DNA of 64,000 nt from Candidatus Latescibacterota bacterium (lineage in GTDB: Bacteria > Latescibacterota > UBA2968 > UBA8231), in assembly GCA_965205655.1 (NCBI GenBank), contig CBDBIJ010000042.1:5269-69268 (forward strand), given 5' to 3'. This document shows, piece after piece, positions 9,600 to 18,464 of this stretch. The notes under the pieces are model-generated. The model was not told the DNA's origin. It did not search any database and saw only the letters and a program-made list of their open reading frames with translations. The translations under genes were made by a program, and so were the position numbers. Numbering within the stretch: position 1 is the first letter of the stretch; each line of letters starts with the position of its first letter.

Positions 9600-9637
9600 A
9601 CCCTTCAGCCAACCAGACGCTTCGGGTCTTCAGCTGG

Positions 9638-10354
9638 GTGGGTCCGTTGTGCACCGCACTCGCTCTCGGGTGTGCGAGCACGGAGGGCCCGTTCGAGCTC
9701 GTTCGCTTCAAGGCGCCCGCTTATCCCGATCCCGAGCTCAAACCTATTCTGGAAAACGCCGAGTCGATCGGCGTCCTCTCCGATACGAACATCGAGCCGG
9801 TTCAGGGGCTCGACATGGAGAAGGTGATGGGCAGACTCACCGACGCCACGGCCCGCGGACTGGAGAATCTCCCGGATACTCGTATCGTCACCCAGGACGA
9901 AATCCGCTGGCATTTCAGGCAGGCGAGGTCCGACTCGGCGAGTGTCCTGATCGCGGACAGCCTCTTTTCACGGGCAAGCGTTCTCGAGGACTCGACCCAG
10001 GAAATTCTGAGGGAGCGGATGGAAATTGACGCCCTCGTATACGTATCTCTGAAGGGGTTTGAGGCCCAGATGACGCCCATGTCGCCCAGTCCCTATGGCA
10101 TCATGCCGAGTCCGGGCATGAACGTCTCCGTCGACCTCGAGCTCATGCTCATCAATCTGACCACCGGCCAGTCGTGGAGCCAGACCAGACAGCGCAACAA
10201 CTGGCAGCCGGTTCAGCTGCAGCTGTTCGGCGGCGGCGATCGCACCGAGCGTCAGCTGCTCGCAGCGCTCGCACAGCCGCTCAGGCAGTTCCTCGTGCGC
10301 GTCGCTCCCCCACCGACGATGCAGGGGCGCCACTTCGACCTGAGCGGCGACTGA
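9638..10354 (+). CDS. Hypothetical lipoprotein
   Basis: Lipobox ALALGCAST. No motif I can name. Its alternating pattern (IGVLSD..., DALVYVSL..., LELMLINLTTGQSWS) is vaguely LpoB/CsgG-N-like. Coding-like codon usage. Confidence 0.5.
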   Translation: MGPLCTALALGCASTEGPFELVRFKAPAYPDPELKPILENAESIGVLSDTNIEPVQGLDMEKVMGRLTDATARGLENLPDTRIVTQDEIRWHFRQARSDSASVLIADSLFSRASVLEDSTQEILRERMEIDALVYVSLKGFEAQMTPMSPSPYGIMPSPGMNVSVDLELMLINLTTGQSWSQTRQRNNWQPVQLQLFGGGDRTERQLLAALAQPLRQFLVRVAPPPTMQGRHFDLSGD

Positions 10355-10365
10355 ATTTCCCGCAA

Positions 10366-10402
10366 ACAAAAAGCGGATGACCCGTGGGCCACCCGCTTTC
10401 TT
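10366..10402. terminator. Probable bidirectional intrinsic terminator between convergent genes
   Basis: aaacaaaaaGCGGatgacccgtgggccacCCGCtttctt: a GC-clamped hairpin flanked by an A-run on one side and a T-run on the other. It lies between the stop at 10354 (+) and the stop at 10422 (-). Confidence 0.5.
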
Positions 10403-10421
10403 GATCCGTTGTATCTCTCTC

Positions 10422-11108
10422 TTAACGTCTGCGTTTCTTCGGCTTTGTGCTCGACTTCGGCTTCGAAGTGGCTTTTCCAGCACTGGAGCCGGAGGAACTC
10501 CCCGAGGGACTGTCGTTCGACACCGTGCTGCGAGGCGGTACGGTCGGCGCCCGTCGTACTCGTTTCTCGGAGCGCCGTTTCCAAACGTCCCGCTTCTGGT
10601 CGACAATGCTAGAAGCCGGGACTGGATCGACTCCGGTATTGACTGTCGGAGTAAACGACGGAAGCGCATTGTCGGCTGCCCGTAGTCTGTTTAGCTCATC
10701 CGACGTGACCAGCTCATATCCCGGTGGAATGTAGACTCCTCCGTCTCCCTGGTAGTACGGATCGTAGCCGTAAGGACCGGAGCGGGAGGAATAGGGGCTG
10801 TATCCGGAGCCATAGCCCCCGAAACCCCCGTATCGAGAGTCATAGCCGAAGATGGGGAACCCCCCGCCTTGGCCGTATGCCCCGGCGCCGTATCCCCCGT
10901 AGGGATCGACGAATCCGCTATCGCGATCATCGAATCTGCCAACTCTTGGTGACAGGTAGTCGTCCTGTCGCTGGTCCTCTCGAACGTACCGAGACGAACC
11001 CTCGTCGAAATCAGAAGAGTAGGGCGCCTTAAGCACTGTGTAGCAACCACTTAGAACCATACCTGACATCCCCAACATCGGAACCAATCGGGCATATCTG
11101 GCACTCAT
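10422..11108 (-). CDS. Gly/Tyr-rich low-complexity lipoprotein with Lys/Arg-rich C-terminal tail
   Basis: Lipobox MVLSGC. Central DPYGGYGAGAYGQGGGFPIFGYDSRYGGFGGYGSGYSPYSSRSGPYGYDPYYQGDGG. C-terminus SSGSSAGKATSKPKSSTKPKKRRR. GAGGAGG RBS upstream of the ATG. Confidence 0.55.
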   Translation of the reverse strand: MSARYARLVPMLGMSGMVLSGCYTVLKAPYSSDFDEGSSRYVREDQRQDDYLSPRVGRFDDRDSGFVDPYGGYGAGAYGQGGGFPIFGYDSRYGGFGGYGSGYSPYSSRSGPYGYDPYYQGDGGVYIPPGYELVTSDELNRLRAADNALPSFTPTVNTGVDPVPASSIVDQKRDVWKRRSEKRVRRAPTVPPRSTVSNDSPSGSSSGSSAGKATSKPKSSTKPKKRRR

Positions 11109-11207
11109 GTCATCGCCTCCTCTTTCTGCACCTGCTTCGCTACTTGCCAGACCGGCTTCCCGTCTTGGTAATATACAGTTGGGACGGATGGCAGTTCAAG
11201 GGCTCCT

Positions 11208-12524
11208 CTAAAAGCGGTAGGTCATCCCGACCGCCAGCCTGTTGACAGTGTTCTGCTCGATTAGGGGACCCTCGGATTGCTCAGAGGTTCCACGCGTCCA
11301 CGCGATATTCATCCGCACGACCTCCTCCAACATCAACCCCGCTCCTAGAGTGAGATACCGCCAATCCTGCTCGATTTCGATTCTCGGGTTGTCGGCGCTT
11401 TCACTCGCCCTTGGATCTCGCGGTCCTACGAAAGGTATTGGATCGGTGTAGTAACCAGCCCGCAGGTCTATAGCGACAACGGGAACCCGCCACTCCAGCC
11501 CGAAATGATAACGAGCCACATCTCGGTACTGGTCCTCGAAGGATGCGTTAGCGCGGAATTCTTCCTCATCTATGTCCGAGTACTCACTCTGCGACCACTC
11601 GGCGAAATGGGCGGCGCCCGACAGCAGCAAACTCGGCGTCGGGCGGTAGGAAAGTCCGATTCCGATTTCAAGAGGCAGGCTGATCTTGTAGCTGTCAGAA
11701 TCGGACACACTGCGGATCTCCGAGACAAACCCGTCATCATATTCCACAACAGAATAGGATGTATCACTGGCGACGCCCTGAAATCGATACTCAACCTTGT
11801 GCGTCCTGCCTGTCGACAACGCAACTCCGACGCGTAGGCGTGGGTCGTTTCGAGGGGTCCGAACGAGCAGGCCGAGGGTCGCGTTATAAGTGGTGCTGAA
11901 GTCGTCGGAGAAGGTGTCTCTCGCTACCAGGCGCCGATAGTCCTTGATGTCCTCCGTGTCTGTCCAGGTTAACTCCTGTAAGTTCTCGTCCTCGCCGGAC
12001 AGGATATTCAGAGCCAGTCCCAGTGATACCGATGGTGAGACATCCACGGCCCCTGCTAGCGTCGTTGCCGCAAGTTCACCTTCATGCGAGAAGGAGTTCT
12101 CGAAATCTAGACTGTCGGCTGAGCTGAACCCCGTTTCGCGAACGATGGAATCGAAATTCTTGACGCTGTTGAATCCAGCGGCGAAAACGAGTCTTCCCCG
12201 ATAAACAGGGTATGGATATACGAATCCCATCGATCCGAACCGAGTATTGCTGAGATTGCTTCCAACGGTCTCGCGGCCTGAGTTCGCCTCATTGTCGAAA
12301 CTATTTCGCTGAAACGCGACATATACTTCGCGATCAGTTAACTGCGCCAGACCGGCAGGATTCCAGAAAACGGCTGTAAAATCGTCCGCGACACCGACAT
12401 AAGCCCCACCCATTCCCATTGCACGGACGCCGACTCCGGCAAAATTGTCAATGAGTCGTTCCTGTGCTGACAGACTGGCTCCGCAGATCCCCAGCACCGC
12501 TGCAACGCGCCAGACCACGACCAT
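11208..12524 (-). CDS. Outer-membrane beta-barrel protein, FadL/PorV-like family
   Basis: Signal peptide. N-terminal MGMGGAYVGVADDFTAVFWNPAGLA motif shared by FadL/PorV/PorQ-type barrels. Alternating amphipathic strands. C-terminal ...GMTYRF. Its start overlaps the upstream barrel's stop by 1 nt (TGATG). Confidence 0.65.
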   Translation of the reverse strand: MVVVWRVAAVLGICGASLSAQERLIDNFAGVGVRAMGMGGAYVGVADDFTAVFWNPAGLAQLTDREVYVAFQRNSFDNEANSGRETVGSNLSNTRFGSMGFVYPYPVYRGRLVFAAGFNSVKNFDSIVRETGFSSADSLDFENSFSHEGELAATTLAGAVDVSPSVSLGLALNILSGEDENLQELTWTDTEDIKDYRRLVARDTFSDDFSTTYNATLGLLVRTPRNDPRLRVGVALSTGRTHKVEYRFQGVASDTSYSVVEYDDGFVSEIRSVSDSDSYKISLPLEIGIGLSYRPTPSLLLSGAAHFAEWSQSEYSDIDEEEFRANASFEDQYRDVARYHFGLEWRVPVVAIDLRAGYYTDPIPFVGPRDPRASESADNPRIEIEQDWRYLTLGAGLMLEEVVRMNIAWTRGTSEQSEGPLIEQNTVNRLAVGMTYRF

Positions 12525-13336
12525 CAGAACTCCTCCGTGTAGCGCAGCGAGACCTCGCGACTCATGTCGGGGTCCGGCCCTCCCTTGAGGCCGGTCTCGT
12601 CGCCGTTGCCAAGGATGTTTTTGAGCAGGAAGCCGACGCTGACATTGGGCACGGCAGACCAGTAGACGGCCGCGTTCAGGAACCCCTTGCCGGAGCCCAG
12701 CGCCTCGTCGTCGTTGTCGTTGAGGGCGAAGTCGTATTCCCCCACGACGACGAACTCTTCGTTGATGCTCTTGTCGACGCCGGCCCAGCCGCTCGGGTCG
12801 CCGTCATCGTCGTTCTCCCGCGTCAGGTTGGCGCCGACGTGAACGCCGAACTGGCCGAAAACCGAGGTGTAATTCTTGCTCGCTGCCACGAACAGTCCCT
12901 TCGACTTAACCTGGTAGCGGCCGTCGTGGTAGGCGCCGTACCCCTGCGTTTCATAACCCACGGTCGCTGCCGGCAGTCCGCTGCTTTCCTCGACTACCCG
13001 ATACCGGATGGCGGCCTCGACTCGGGGATAGGGGTCGATGGCGTCGTCGCCGATGATGCTCTCTGCGCCGAACGACAGGCCGATGCTGACGCGGCGCAGA
13101 ACACCAGCACTGAGTTGACCGATCAGCCCGCCCTCGGGGAAGAGCCTCAGGTTCATACCGAAACGCCCCCTGTCGACGAGCCCCGCTGTGGGACTGTCGA
13201 TGAGGCGAAAGGGTTCCATTCCCTGCTGCGCCGCAACGGGAAATGAGGCCCACACGGCGAGCGTGGCCGTGGCCGTGCACAGGCGACGCTGAAACCGCGA
13301 CTTCGAAGACCGTTCAATCATCTGGCCCAATCCCAA
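12524..13336 (-). CDS. Outer-membrane beta-barrel protein (hypothetical)
   Basis: Signal peptide (ATLAVWASFPVAAQQ). Alternating beta-strand pattern. Terminal LRYTEEF. Directly abuts the tsaE stop. Confidence 0.55.
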   Translation of the reverse strand: MGLGQMIERSSKSRFQRRLCTATATLAVWASFPVAAQQGMEPFRLIDSPTAGLVDRGRFGMNLRLFPEGGLIGQLSAGVLRRVSIGLSFGAESIIGDDAIDPYPRVEAAIRYRVVEESSGLPAATVGYETQGYGAYHDGRYQVKSKGLFVAASKNYTSVFGQFGVHVGANLTRENDDDGDPSGWAGVDKSINEEFVVVGEYDFALNDNDDEALGSGKGFLNAAVYWSAVPNVSVGFLLKNILGNGDETGLKGGPDPDMSREVSLRYTEEF

Positions 13337-13819
13337 TCAGACCCCCTTTCCTGTGTCTTGAACATTCGCCTGCTGCCAATCCTTGGCCGCCAGATGTTGC
13401 CAGACGATTTCTCGCCGATCTTCGGATCTGTAGGTGAGCCTTACGTCCCATCGAGGCAGGGGCAGGGCCTGCTCCACCCGGTCGGCCCATTCGATGAGGC
13501 AGAGCGTATCTGCTTCCATGAGCTCCTCCGGCCCCAGATCGCCGAATTCGGCGAGTCCGCGCAGCCGGTACAGATCGAGGTGATGAATCGGGAGTGGTCG
13601 CCCACCCCAGCGCCCGTTGTAGTGATTGATGAGAACGAAGGTCGGACTGTTTACCACATCGTCGACTGCGAGGGCTGCGCAGATCCCCTGGATGAGGCAT
13701 GTCTTGCCCGCCCCCAGGTCACCGATACAACCGACCACGTCACCCGGTTTCAGCAGTTGGGCAAGCTCAGCCCCCAGCGACTGCGTTTCCGCTGCGGAGC
13801 TCGTGATCACCCTCCTCAC
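13337..13819 (-). CDS. tsaE: tRNA t6A37 threonylcarbamoyltransferase complex ATPase subunit TsaE
   Basis: P-loop GDLGAGKTCLIQGI, SPTFVLINHY, and HLDLYRL motifs. About 160 aa. Confidence 0.85.
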   Translation of the reverse strand: MRRVITSSAAETQSLGAELAQLLKPGDVVGCIGDLGAGKTCLIQGICAALAVDDVVNSPTFVLINHYNGRWGGRPLPIHHLDLYRLRGLAEFGDLGPEELMEADTLCLIEWADRVEQALPLPRWDVRLTYRSEDRREIVWQHLAAKDWQQANVQDTGKGV

Positions 13820-15375
13820 CGCGGTTCCAGCGTCACCAGCGGCAGGATCATTTCCTCCATCGAGATGCCACCGTGCTGGAAGCTGTCCTTGTACTGGCGC
13901 TGATATTCGTTGAAGTTGGTGGGATAGACGAAATAAAAGTCTTCCTTGGCGACGATGTAGTTCGAGCCGACGCCGCCCGAGGGCAGCCCGTACTCCTCGG
14001 GATCGCTGATGAACAACGCCTCCTTAGCCTCGCAGCGCAGGTTGCGGCCGTGCTTGTAGCGCAGACTGGTCGATGTCTTCCGATCGCCGTGGACCATGCT
14101 TGCCCGCGTCCCTCTGATGGCGCCGTGGTCGGTAGTGAGCACGACGACGGCGTCGGTCCTGGCGATCTTCTTGAGCGTCTCGAACAGCGACGAGTGCTCG
14201 AACCACGAGTGCACGAGTGAGCGAAACCCTCCCTCGTCGGGAGCGATCTCGCGCAACAGGGTAGACTGCGAGCGCCCGTGGACGAGCATGTCGAGGAAGT
14301 TGTAAACGGCGCACACGAGAGGAACGGATGAGAGAGAATCCACCTTGCGCGTCAGCGCTTCGCCTTCCGAGGTGTTCAGGACCTTGACGTAGTGCGAGTC
14401 GCCCTTCAGCTGGACGCCGATATCGGCGATCTGGTCCCTGATATACTGATGCTCGTTGCGATTGAGGCTGTGATCCTCGTCGCCTCCAAATTTTTGATCC
14501 TTGTACTTGGCGGCAAGCTCCGCTGGAAACAGGCCGCTGAAGATGGCGTTGCGAGAAAAGGGCGTCGCCGTGGGCAGGATGGAGTAGTGATACGACCTGC
14601 TGACGTTGAAGAACTCGGAGACGAGCGGTTCGAGCATCATCCAGTGATCGAGCCTGAGACAATCGACGACGATGAAGAACACCCTGGAGCCCGCCTGCAG
14701 GTGGGGCACGACTGACTCGGAGACGACGTCGACCGACAGGGGTGGCGAATCGTCCTCACTGCGGAGCCAGGTGGCGTAGTTGCGTTCCACGAAGCGGCTG
14801 AACTCGTGGTCGCACTCCTTTTTCTGATCTTCGATCATCTGGATCAGGCTGCCGTCGCCGAGCCCGCTGATCTCGATGTCCCATTCGCACAGGAGCCGGT
14901 GGGTATCGATCCACGTCTGCCAGGTCATTTCACCGGCGAGCCAGTCCCGAATCTGACTCGCTCGTGAGACGTAGGCGGGGCCGGCCTGGCTCTGCCGAAT
15001 GTGCCTGCTGTCCAGGATCTTCTTACAGGCCATGAAAATCTGACTCGGGTTAACCGGTTTCGTGAGGTAATCGTCTATGCGCTTGCCGATCGCCTCGTTC
15101 ATGAGGTGCTCTTCCTCATTCTTCGTGATCATGATCACGGGCACATTGGGATCGTGCTGCTTGAGCTGCTCCAGAGTAGCTAGGCCATCCAGGCCCGGCA
15201 TCATCTCGTCCAGCAGGACGATGTCGAAGCGCTCCTTCTGCGCCATGGCGATGGCGTCTTCACCGTTGCTCACCGGCGTCACCTCGTACCCCCGCTCGTT
15301 GAGGTAAACGTGGTGTGACCGTAGCAGGTCGATCTCATCGTCAGCCCATAAGACTCGTCTCGTCTGTGTCTCCAT
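13816..15375 (-). CDS. Response regulator receiver fused to PglZ (alkaline-phosphatase-superfamily) domain; PorX-like architecture
   Basis: N-terminal CheY-like receiver (RVLWADDEIDLL...IVLLDEMMPGLDG...PVIMITK). C-terminal PglZ-type region (FFIVVDCLRLDHW ... LPTATPFSRNAIFSGLFP ... VVLTTDHGAI). 519 aa, the same size and architecture as PorX-type regulators. Confidence 0.8.
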   Translation of the reverse strand: METQTRRVLWADDEIDLLRSHHVYLNERGYEVTPVSNGEDAIAMAQKERFDIVLLDEMMPGLDGLATLEQLKQHDPNVPVIMITKNEEEHLMNEAIGKRIDDYLTKPVNPSQIFMACKKILDSRHIRQSQAGPAYVSRASQIRDWLAGEMTWQTWIDTHRLLCEWDIEISGLGDGSLIQMIEDQKKECDHEFSRFVERNYATWLRSEDDSPPLSVDVVSESVVPHLQAGSRVFFIVVDCLRLDHWMMLEPLVSEFFNVSRSYHYSILPTATPFSRNAIFSGLFPAELAAKYKDQKFGGDEDHSLNRNEHQYIRDQIADIGVQLKGDSHYVKVLNTSEGEALTRKVDSLSSVPLVCAVYNFLDMLVHGRSQSTLLREIAPDEGGFRSLVHSWFEHSSLFETLKKIARTDAVVVLTTDHGAIRGTRASMVHGDRKTSTSLRYKHGRNLRCEAKEALFISDPEEYGLPSGGVGSNYIVAKEDFYFVYPTNFNEYQRQYKDSFQHGGISMEEMILPLVTLEPR

Positions 15376-15409
15376 TTCGCCTCTGATCGTCAGAGCGCTC
15401 AGCCGCTCG

Positions 15410-17353
15410 TTATCGCTGTGCTGTGGGCAGGATGATCTCGAAGGTCGTCCCCTCGCCCTCTGCGGTGTGTGCTATTCTGATGTTGCCGCCGTGATACTCC
15501 TCCACGATGCGTCGTACGAAGGCCAGGCCCAGTCCCCATCCCCGCTTCTTCGTGCTGAATCCGGGTTCGAAAACACGGCCGACGTGATCGGCCTCGATGC
15601 CGCGCCCGTTGTCGGCGATCGTGAGCTGCACCGCCCGCTGCTCATCGACTGCCGTCACGTGCGCGTCTATTGCACCGTCCTTCTGGCCGATCGCGTCCAT
15701 GGCGTTCTTGAACAGATTCTCGAAGGCCCATCCCAACAATTCGGTGTTTATCGGTACGGAGGGCACCGGACCCGAGGTGACACTGAAAGCGTGTCGGCCG
15801 AATTGGGGTCCGCGGTTCTTGAAGTAGCTGGCGGTCTCGTTGAGCACATCTGTCACGTCGCCTGGCTTCAATTCTGGAATCGAGCCGATCTGGGAAAAGC
15901 GGGAAGCGATCTGGTTGAGTCGCCCCATGTCTTTTTGCATCTCCCGCACGATCGCGTCCACAGATCCAACGTCGTCACTCGGACCATTTGCGACTGCGGA
16001 GGCCGCCCGGGTGTTCCCCTTTCCGGCTGCCACCTGCCGCCGGACGCCCGCGAGGTCGGCCGGCGAGGTGCTCTTCTGCTCACCAACCCGACTCGCCATC
16101 AGCTCGAGCCAGCCTGAAAGGGAGGACAGCGGGGTGCCCAGCTGATGGGCCGTCTCCTTTGCCATGCCGACCCAGATGGAGCGCTGTTCGCTGCGGCGAA
16201 TGTTCCGGAATCCGGCGTAGCCGATGAGGGCGAAAAGGAGCAGCACCCCGACCGTCACGAAGGGAGCTACTTCGATGCTGCCGATCAACTCCGAGTCACC
16301 GTAGTGGATGTATTTTTCCCTCTTTATTCGAAAGGTTTGTGGCGCTTGCGTTTGGGAGACCTCCTCAATCGCCGTCCTCAGACGCGCAGCGGCGGCGGCG
16401 CTCGTGTCGACCGCGGTCGGCATGTTCGTTCCGCCCCAGGCGAGGGCTTCGCCGAGGCTGTCTGCGATGACGAAGCGTGCGGCGTCGAGGTAGAGGTAGG
16501 TCAGCTTGGACGCCGGCAGCCGCACCGATCGAGGTGACGTCTGCTGTTGGAGTCGTGCCAGCTGATCGGAGACGGCCTTCGGAACAGCGACGATGCTCTC
16601 GAAAACCGGCAGGGACTCCCCCGCCCACAGCAACGGCGTCGCCGAGTCATCGGCAATGATCAACCTGGCGCCATCGTAGTACAGGTTCGCCGAGACCACG
16701 GCCTGATCGAGAAAGCGGACCGGTTCGTTTACAGCATCCATCTGGACGAGCAGATCCCTGAGTCGGCTCTGAGCCGCTGACGACGTGTCCGTCACTACGG
16801 GGACACCGGGGCCCTTGGCGCCTATGATGTTGCCCCATGCATCCGTGACGATCAGGGGGATAGTCACCTTGGGATCGTTGATGACCGTCTCGAAAATGAA
16901 GATCGCGTCCTCGTCCGGTAGCTTGTCGGAAATGGCCAGGCCCCATACGTGAGCGTACAACTGAGCCCGGGTGCGCTCGTGGTCCTTGAATTCGGCTTTG
17001 ACATGCTCGTTGTAGAGGAGAAAGACCATGACGCCGACGATGCCGCTGAGGAAAATGAAGACCCGGAATATCGGTGACAGCCCCCACGAGGATAGTATTT
17101 CTGGCATCCGACGAGTTCGGGGCGAACCGCGCCTGATTCCGGTATCCGCATCCCCGTCTCTGCGTCCGGAACTTCGGCCACTGCTCGTCTCTCGGCCGGC
17201 ACTTTCCGGCGATGTTGGTGGCGAAGTGGTCTCGGCGTCGCCGCCCTTCCTTCGACGGCGCCGCCTCACGGGGGTGTCGGAGGGGGGAAGCGGCTGATCG
17301 CGCTCGGTCATGTGCCGTTCGTCGGTTGTGCTCGCATTACGTTTCTGCTTCAT
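15410..17353 (-). CDS. Sensor histidine kinase with triplicated periplasmic module
   Basis: Two TM segments. H-box AKETAHQLGTPLSSLSGW. HATPase N/G boxes (FENLFKNAMDA; IADNGRGI; GWGLGL). Arg-rich 80-aa N-terminal extension, so the true start may be the internal MPEILSS. Confidence 0.8.
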   Translation of the reverse strand: MKQKRNASTTDERHMTERDQPLPPSDTPVRRRRRRKGGDAETTSPPTSPESAGRETSSGRSSGRRDGDADTGIRRGSPRTRRMPEILSSWGLSPIFRVFIFLSGIVGVMVFLLYNEHVKAEFKDHERTRAQLYAHVWGLAISDKLPDEDAIFIFETVINDPKVTIPLIVTDAWGNIIGAKGPGVPVVTDTSSAAQSRLRDLLVQMDAVNEPVRFLDQAVVSANLYYDGARLIIADDSATPLLWAGESLPVFESIVAVPKAVSDQLARLQQQTSPRSVRLPASKLTYLYLDAARFVIADSLGEALAWGGTNMPTAVDTSAAAAARLRTAIEEVSQTQAPQTFRIKREKYIHYGDSELIGSIEVAPFVTVGVLLLFALIGYAGFRNIRRSEQRSIWVGMAKETAHQLGTPLSSLSGWLELMASRVGEQKSTSPADLAGVRRQVAAGKGNTRAASAVANGPSDDVGSVDAIVREMQKDMGRLNQIASRFSQIGSIPELKPGDVTDVLNETASYFKNRGPQFGRHAFSVTSGPVPSVPINTELLGWAFENLFKNAMDAIGQKDGAIDAHVTAVDEQRAVQLTIADNGRGIEADHVGRVFEPGFSTKKRGWGLGLAFVRRIVEEYHGGNIRIAHTAEGEGTTFEIILPTAQR

Positions 17354-17423
17354 AAGTTAATAACTTTAACTTAACACTTGAGTCCGAACTGCGGCACTTT
17401 CCTTTTTTTGAAGCGATGGAGAC

Positions 17424-18410
17424 GTGACCATTACACGGCCCTTGCGAATATCCCTCGTCGTCCAACTCGGCCTCGCGATGGCTCTCTCGGTCTCCAGGTC
17501 GAGCGCCGATGAGGCTAAAGTCGCCTCGCGTGAAGCGCCGCCAGAGTTCCGTATTTCCGATACCGGGGGGATTCAGCTGGACCGGCTCCTCCTGCTCGGC
17601 GGTAGCGGAGCCGCTCTCCATTACGTCGGTTTCAGGTACTTCGATAGGGCCTGGTATCAGGGGCAGAAACGCGACAGCATACGCTGGATCAACGACTGGT
17701 CGGGTGAAACCTATCTCGACATGGACAAGGGCGGACACTTCCTCGGTGGCCTCGTCCTGTCGGAATCTCTCACCGAGGCATACGGCTGGAGCGGGTTCGG
17801 ACCCAGGACGGCCGCCACCCTCGGCACCATCACCAGTTGGGCGGCTCTGCTGGAAATCGAAATGCGCGATGCCTACTACGACCAATGGGGATTCAGCATC
17901 CCCGATTTCGCCTTCAACACCGCCGGCGCTGCCGTGCCGCTCCTCTACGCCCTCGTGCCGGCAACTCGCTCTGTGCGTTTCAAGTTCAGTTACTGGCCGT
18001 CCCGCTTGTATCGCGGACGCGAGGAGCGATCCCGAGAGCCGGTCCGACCGCACACCGAATATGTGATAGACGACTATGAGGGTATGACGTTCTGGATGAG
18101 CTTCGCCGTAGACGAAGTCCTCCGAGGCAGGGCGGAAGAGCTCTGGCCCAACTGTCTGGGAATCGCCCTCGGGTATGGCGCCACCGGAATGCACGGCAGC
18201 AACGTGAAAAGCCGGGGCCGTCATCGCGAGTACCAGGAGCTCCCGGACGCGCGGCCGGAAGTGTTTGTGGCCCTCGATTACGATCTGCGTCAGCTGCCGG
18301 GGGAGGGACGGCTCTGGCGGTCACTGAAGCGTCAGCTCAATTGGATTCACCTGCCCGCACCTACACTCCGTATCTATCCCGACCTGCGGCTGTATTTCCT
18401 CTATATGTAG
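17424..18410 (+). CDS. Periplasmic/lipoprotein-like protein, DUF2279-like
   Basis: Signal peptide. MDKGGHFLGG and GFSIPDFAFNTAGAA motifs resemble the DUF2279 family. GTG start. Divergent from the kinase operon across an AT-rich spacer. Confidence 0.45.
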   Translation: MTITRPLRISLVVQLGLAMALSVSRSSADEAKVASREAPPEFRISDTGGIQLDRLLLLGGSGAALHYVGFRYFDRAWYQGQKRDSIRWINDWSGETYLDMDKGGHFLGGLVLSESLTEAYGWSGFGPRTAATLGTITSWAALLEIEMRDAYYDQWGFSIPDFAFNTAGAAVPLLYALVPATRSVRFKFSYWPSRLYRGREERSREPVRPHTEYVIDDYEGMTFWMSFAVDEVLRGRAEELWPNCLGIALGYGATGMHGSNVKSRGRHREYQELPDARPEVFVALDYDLRQLPGEGRLWRSLKRQLNWIHLPAPTLRIYPDLRLYFLYM

Positions 18411-18464
18411 TTGATGGAGCCGGGCGCAGTGTGCCTGGCGGCGCGCTGGCCGGGGAAGCTGTCG

